Of a stretch of 64,000 nt of DNA, positions 60,966-64,000 are shown one piece after another. The translations under genes were made by a program, and so were the position numbers. Source of the stretch: Polyangia bacterium (lineage in GTDB: Bacteria; Myxococcota_A; Polyangia; Fen-1088). The notes under the pieces were generated by a model. It was not told the origin of the DNA and did no database searches. It worked only from the letters and a program-made list of their open reading frames with translations. The stretch's first letter is position 1. Each line of letters opens with the position of its first letter. Where the stretch lies: NCBI GenBank assembly GCA_035607055.1, contig DATNDC010000214.1, forward strand, positions 3,911-67,910. The letters run 5' to 3'.

Positions 60966-61910
60966 ATGAAGCTCCTCTTCGTCATGGACCCGCTGGCGCG
61001 GCTGCAGATCGCCGGCGACACCACCTTCGCCATCATGCTGGCGGCGCAGGCGCGCGGGCACGAGATCTGGTTCTGCGAGCCCCGCCACCTCTCGCTGGAG
61101 CACGCCGACGCGGTGGCGCGCGCCTGGCCCGTCACCGTGCGCCGGGTGGCCGGCGACCACTACCTGCTCGGCCCGCAGGCCACGGTCCCGCTCGCCAGCT
61201 GCAACGCGGTCTTCATGCGCAAAGACCCGCCCTTCGACCTCGACTACTACTTCGCCACGCTGATGCTCGAGCGCGCGCGCGGAAAGACGCTGATCATCAA
61301 CGACCCGCGCGGCCTGCGGGAGCAGAACGAGAAGCTGGCCGTGCTGGAGTTCCCGGACCTCTGCCCGCCGACGGTGGTGACGCGCGAGGCGAACCGGCTG
61401 CGATCGTTTCTAGCCGAGCAGGGGGGCGAGATGGTGGTCAAGCCGCTGGACGCCTCGGGCGGGTTCGGCGTCTTTCACGTGCGGCGCGGCGACCCCAACA
61501 CGGGCGCCATCCTCGAGCAGTCGACCAACCTCGGCCGCCGCTGGATCATGGCGCAGAAGTACCTGCCCGAGGTGCGCCGGGGCGACAAGCGGATCCTGCT
61601 CGTCGACGGCGAGCCGCTCTGCGCGGTGCTGCGCGTGCCGGCCCCCGACGACGCGCGCGGCAACCTGCACGTGGGCGCCAAGCCGATGGCCACCAAGCTG
61701 GACGATCGAGACCAGGCGATCGTCAACGCGCTCGGCCCCAAGCTGCGCGAGCGCGGCCACTTCTTCGTGGGCCTCGACGTGATTGGCGGCTGGCTGACCG
61801 AGGTCAACGTGACCAGCCCGACCGGCATCCTGGAGGCGAACGCGCTCTACGACGGCGCCTACGAGGTGCAGGTGGTCGAACGGCTGGAACAGAAGCTCGC
61901 GGCCGGATGA
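60966..61910 (+). CDS. gshB: Glutathione synthetase (ATP-grasp)
   Basis: MKLLFVMDPLARLQIAGDTTFAIMLAAQARGHEIWFCEP... (GshB N-domain). ATP-grasp: ...MVVKPLDASGGFGVF...RILLVDGEP.... 314 aa. Confidence 0.88.
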   Translation: MKLLFVMDPLARLQIAGDTTFAIMLAAQARGHEIWFCEPRHLSLEHADAVARAWPVTVRRVAGDHYLLGPQATVPLASCNAVFMRKDPPFDLDYYFATLMLERARGKTLIINDPRGLREQNEKLAVLEFPDLCPPTVVTREANRLRSFLAEQGGEMVVKPLDASGGFGVFHVRRGDPNTGAILEQSTNLGRRWIMAQKYLPEVRRGDKRILLVDGEPLCAVLRVPAPDDARGNLHVGAKPMATKLDDRDQAIVNALGPKLRERGHFFVGLDVIGGWLTEVNVTSPTGILEANALYDGAYEVQVVERLEQKLAAG

Positions 61911-63019
61911 GAAACGCGCTTCGCGCGCGCCTGGCGTGCGGGGCGCTCTTCGCCGCCGGGCTGGCGCCGCCCGTCGCGGCCGCCGACGACGCCCCGCGCT
62001 CCCCGACCGAGCCGCTCGTCCTGCTCGTGCAGGGGGACGCGCTCCTGGCCTCCAAGCCCGACACCGGCGGCGACCCCCAGGACCCGCCGCCGGGCGCGGC
62101 GCTGCGGCTGCGGCGCGCGCGGGTGGGCGACGACGTCAAGCTGGGGGACTTTCGCCTGCGCGTCGTGTTCGAAGGGGAGGCCGAGACGGCGGCCGGCGTC
62201 CCCTTCACGCCGCTGGCCGGTGGTCGCCTCCCGCACGGCGGGCCGATCCGGACGACGGAGACGTACTTCGCCTGGGTGCCGGCGCGCGCCTTTCGGCTCG
62301 GCGCCGGCTCGCTGCGGGTCCCGTTCTCGCTCTCGCGCCAGGTCGACGAGGGGGACCTGCGCCTCCCCGAGCGCCCCCCGTTCGCCGACGCCTTCCTGCC
62401 CGACTACCGGGTCGGCGCCGACGTGGGCGGGGATCTCGGCGAGCTCCTCTACCGCGTGGCCGTGATGAGCGCCGATCCGACCCTCGACCGCCAGCTGTTC
62501 GATCACGGCGTGCTGGTGGCGGGGCGGCTCGTCGCCGAGCCGATCGGCCCGGTGGGCCTCACCCCCTGGCGGCGCGCGCCCGCCGACCCTTGGTATGGCT
62601 GGTTCCGGTTCGCCGCCGGCCTCTCGGTCCTCTACGGCACCGTCGCCGCCCCCGACACCTTGGCGGTCGATCCTGACTTCACCGCCCAGTGGCGCGCCTT
62701 CGTGGTCACCGCCGAGTACCTCTACGCCGCCCGCTACCACGGCACGGCCGTCCTCCCCGGCACGACCGAGCAGGGGGCGGCGCTCGAGCCAGGTGTGACG
62801 CTGCTCGAACGCCGGCTCGATCTGGTCGCCCGCGGCGACTGGGAACGCGCGGCCGGCACCAACGTCTGGGGCGCCGGCGCTGCGCTGACCGCCTACGGAC
62901 CGGACCCGCGCCTCCGCCTCGGCGCCGGCTTCGAGCGACGGTGGGGCGAGCTGCCGCCCGCGAGCCCGGGCGGCGGTTCGTACTGGGCGCTGGTCCGGCT
63001 GGCGGTCGTCGTCAACTGA
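61907..63019 (+). CDS. Secreted protein, possible outer-membrane porin-like beta-barrel
   Basis: Signal peptide: LACGALFAAGLAPPVAAA. Alternating amphipathic segments. The start overlaps the gshB stop by 4 nt. No specific motif. Confidence 0.4.
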   Translation: MRNALRARLACGALFAAGLAPPVAAADDAPRSPTEPLVLLVQGDALLASKPDTGGDPQDPPPGAALRLRRARVGDDVKLGDFRLRVVFEGEAETAAGVPFTPLAGGRLPHGGPIRTTETYFAWVPARAFRLGAGSLRVPFSLSRQVDEGDLRLPERPPFADAFLPDYRVGADVGGDLGELLYRVAVMSADPTLDRQLFDHGVLVAGRLVAEPIGPVGLTPWRRAPADPWYGWFRFAAGLSVLYGTVAAPDTLAVDPDFTAQWRAFVVTAEYLYAARYHGTAVLPGTTEQGAALEPGVTLLERRLDLVARGDWERAAGTNVWGAGAALTAYGPDPRLRLGAGFERRWGELPPASPGGGSYWALVRLAVVVN

Positions 63020-63025
63020 CCCGGG

Positions 63026-63970
63026 TCAGTTGATCCGCTCGCCACCCGTCGTCTTGTTGGTCGACTTCTTCGGGTGGTGGTGCTTCTTCGACGATTTGGG
63101 CGCGTTCGATTCTTCGCTGGGCGCCGGCTCGGCCGACGCCGGCGGCTTGTGATTCTTGTCGGGGCAGCCGTTCTTGGCTGGATCGTCCGAGGCCACGCCC
63201 CACTTGGTCGGGCAGGCGTCGTCGGCGTCGGAGATCCCGTCGCCGTCGGAGTCGATGAACGGGCAGCCCGGGCGCTTGGGATCGGCTTTGTTGCCGGGCG
63301 GCGTGACCGGGCAGGCGTCGTCGACGTCGGGCACGCCGTCGCCGTCCTGGTCCCCCTCGGGGCAGCCGGGCCGGAAGGGGTCGGGGTGCGGGCCCGCCGG
63401 GACGGTCTTGCACTGATCGTCGTCGTCGCCCACGCCGTCGCGGTCGGTGTCGGGGATGGTGACGTGCCAGGCGCCGCGCCTGACGTGGGGCGTGGCCTCC
63501 GCCGACTTGGGCGCCGCCGCCGCGCGGCCGAAGTGGTAGGTGAACGAGCCGCCGATGCTCCAGGCGAGCCCGTCGTTGCTGTCGCGTCGATCGGGGTTGA
63601 TGAAGTCGCCGTAGCGGAAGTAGGGCCCCAGGCTGAACCCCGGCACGTCCGGGAGATCCCACTCGATCCCGCCGCCGACGTCGAACCCGAACGTCCAGGC
63701 GTTGGACGTCGAGGCCGGCCCGAGCGCCCCGTCGACGAAGACGCGACCCCAGGTCGCCTGGACCGGCTCGTAACGCAGGCCGAGGCCGAACAGGAGGGCG
63801 TGGTTGGGACCTGGCAACCACCACTGCCGCAGCGCCAGCATGGCCGCGAACCCGTGCACCAGATCCAGCGTGCCGCTCACCGAGGTGAAAAAGAGCGTCG
63901 AGTTGTTGGGAGGGTTGACGTTGAAGTCGGTGATCGTCGAGCCGGCGCCGACGTCGATGTTGAGCCCCAT
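63026..63970 (-). CDS. Outer-membrane beta-barrel protein with thrombospondin type-3 (Ca-binding) repeats (partial; N-terminus beyond window end)
   Basis: The reading frame stays open through 63990. Beta-barrel-like N-part (...WTFGFDVGGGIEWDLP...YFRYGDF). Then DTDRDGVGDDDDQC, DQDGDGVPDVDDAC, DSDGDGISDADDAC (TSP3 DxDxDGxxDxxDxC repeats). The tail is Lys/His-rich. Confidence 0.65.
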   Translation of the reverse strand: MGLNIDVGAGSTITDFNVNPPNNSTLFFTSVSGTLDLVHGFAAMLALRQWWLPGPNHALLFGLGLRYEPVQATWGRVFVDGALGPASTSNAWTFGFDVGGGIEWDLPDVPGFSLGPYFRYGDFINPDRRDSNDGLAWSIGGSFTYHFGRAAAAPKSAEATPHVRRGAWHVTIPDTDRDGVGDDDDQCKTVPAGPHPDPFRPGCPEGDQDGDGVPDVDDACPVTPPGNKADPKRPGCPFIDSDGDGISDADDACPTKWGVASDDPAKNGCPDKNHKPPASAEPAPSEESNAPKSSKKHHHPKKSTNKTTGGERIN

Positions 63971-64000
63971 CCGCAGCGTCCAGTCGTCGTTGTTGTCGGC

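Overview
This is a high-GC (about 70%) window from a bacterial chromosome, with gene content typical of Myxococcota. Housekeeping genes (maeB, glgB, miaB, a cimA-like gene, pccB, metK, gshB, a dacB-like gene) alternate with a dense signalling and envelope repertoire. That repertoire includes three Hanks-type Ser/Thr kinases, three FHA-domain proteins, two sigma-54 activators, two PilZ-type proteins, an ECF sigma/anti-sigma pair and many Cys-rich lipoproteins. One tRNA-Arg(CCG) is present, with a short integrase C-terminal remnant beside its 3' end. No CRISPR array or intact mobile element was seen. Most long ORFs in the six-frame track are antisense artefacts of GC-rich coding DNA and were discarded.

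The features most worth a second look are:
- a minus-strand operon of ECF sigma, zf-HC2 anti-sigma, a secreted caspase-like (peptidase C14) protein with a beta-barrel-like C-terminal domain, a lipoprotein and PilZ, bracketed by two paralogous lipoproteins (16.8-22.3 kb);
- a partial C-type-lectin lipoprotein at the window start;
- a lipoprotein carrying four metallothionein-like Cys repeats;
- a UbiA / FHA / B12-radical-SAM / NHL gene neighbourhood;
- a translationally coupled pair of MBL-fold paralogs next to a sensor-less histidine-kinase core;
- a PilZ-like ORF coupled to pccB.

All calls rest on reading the translated ORFs for motifs. No database search or computation was run.
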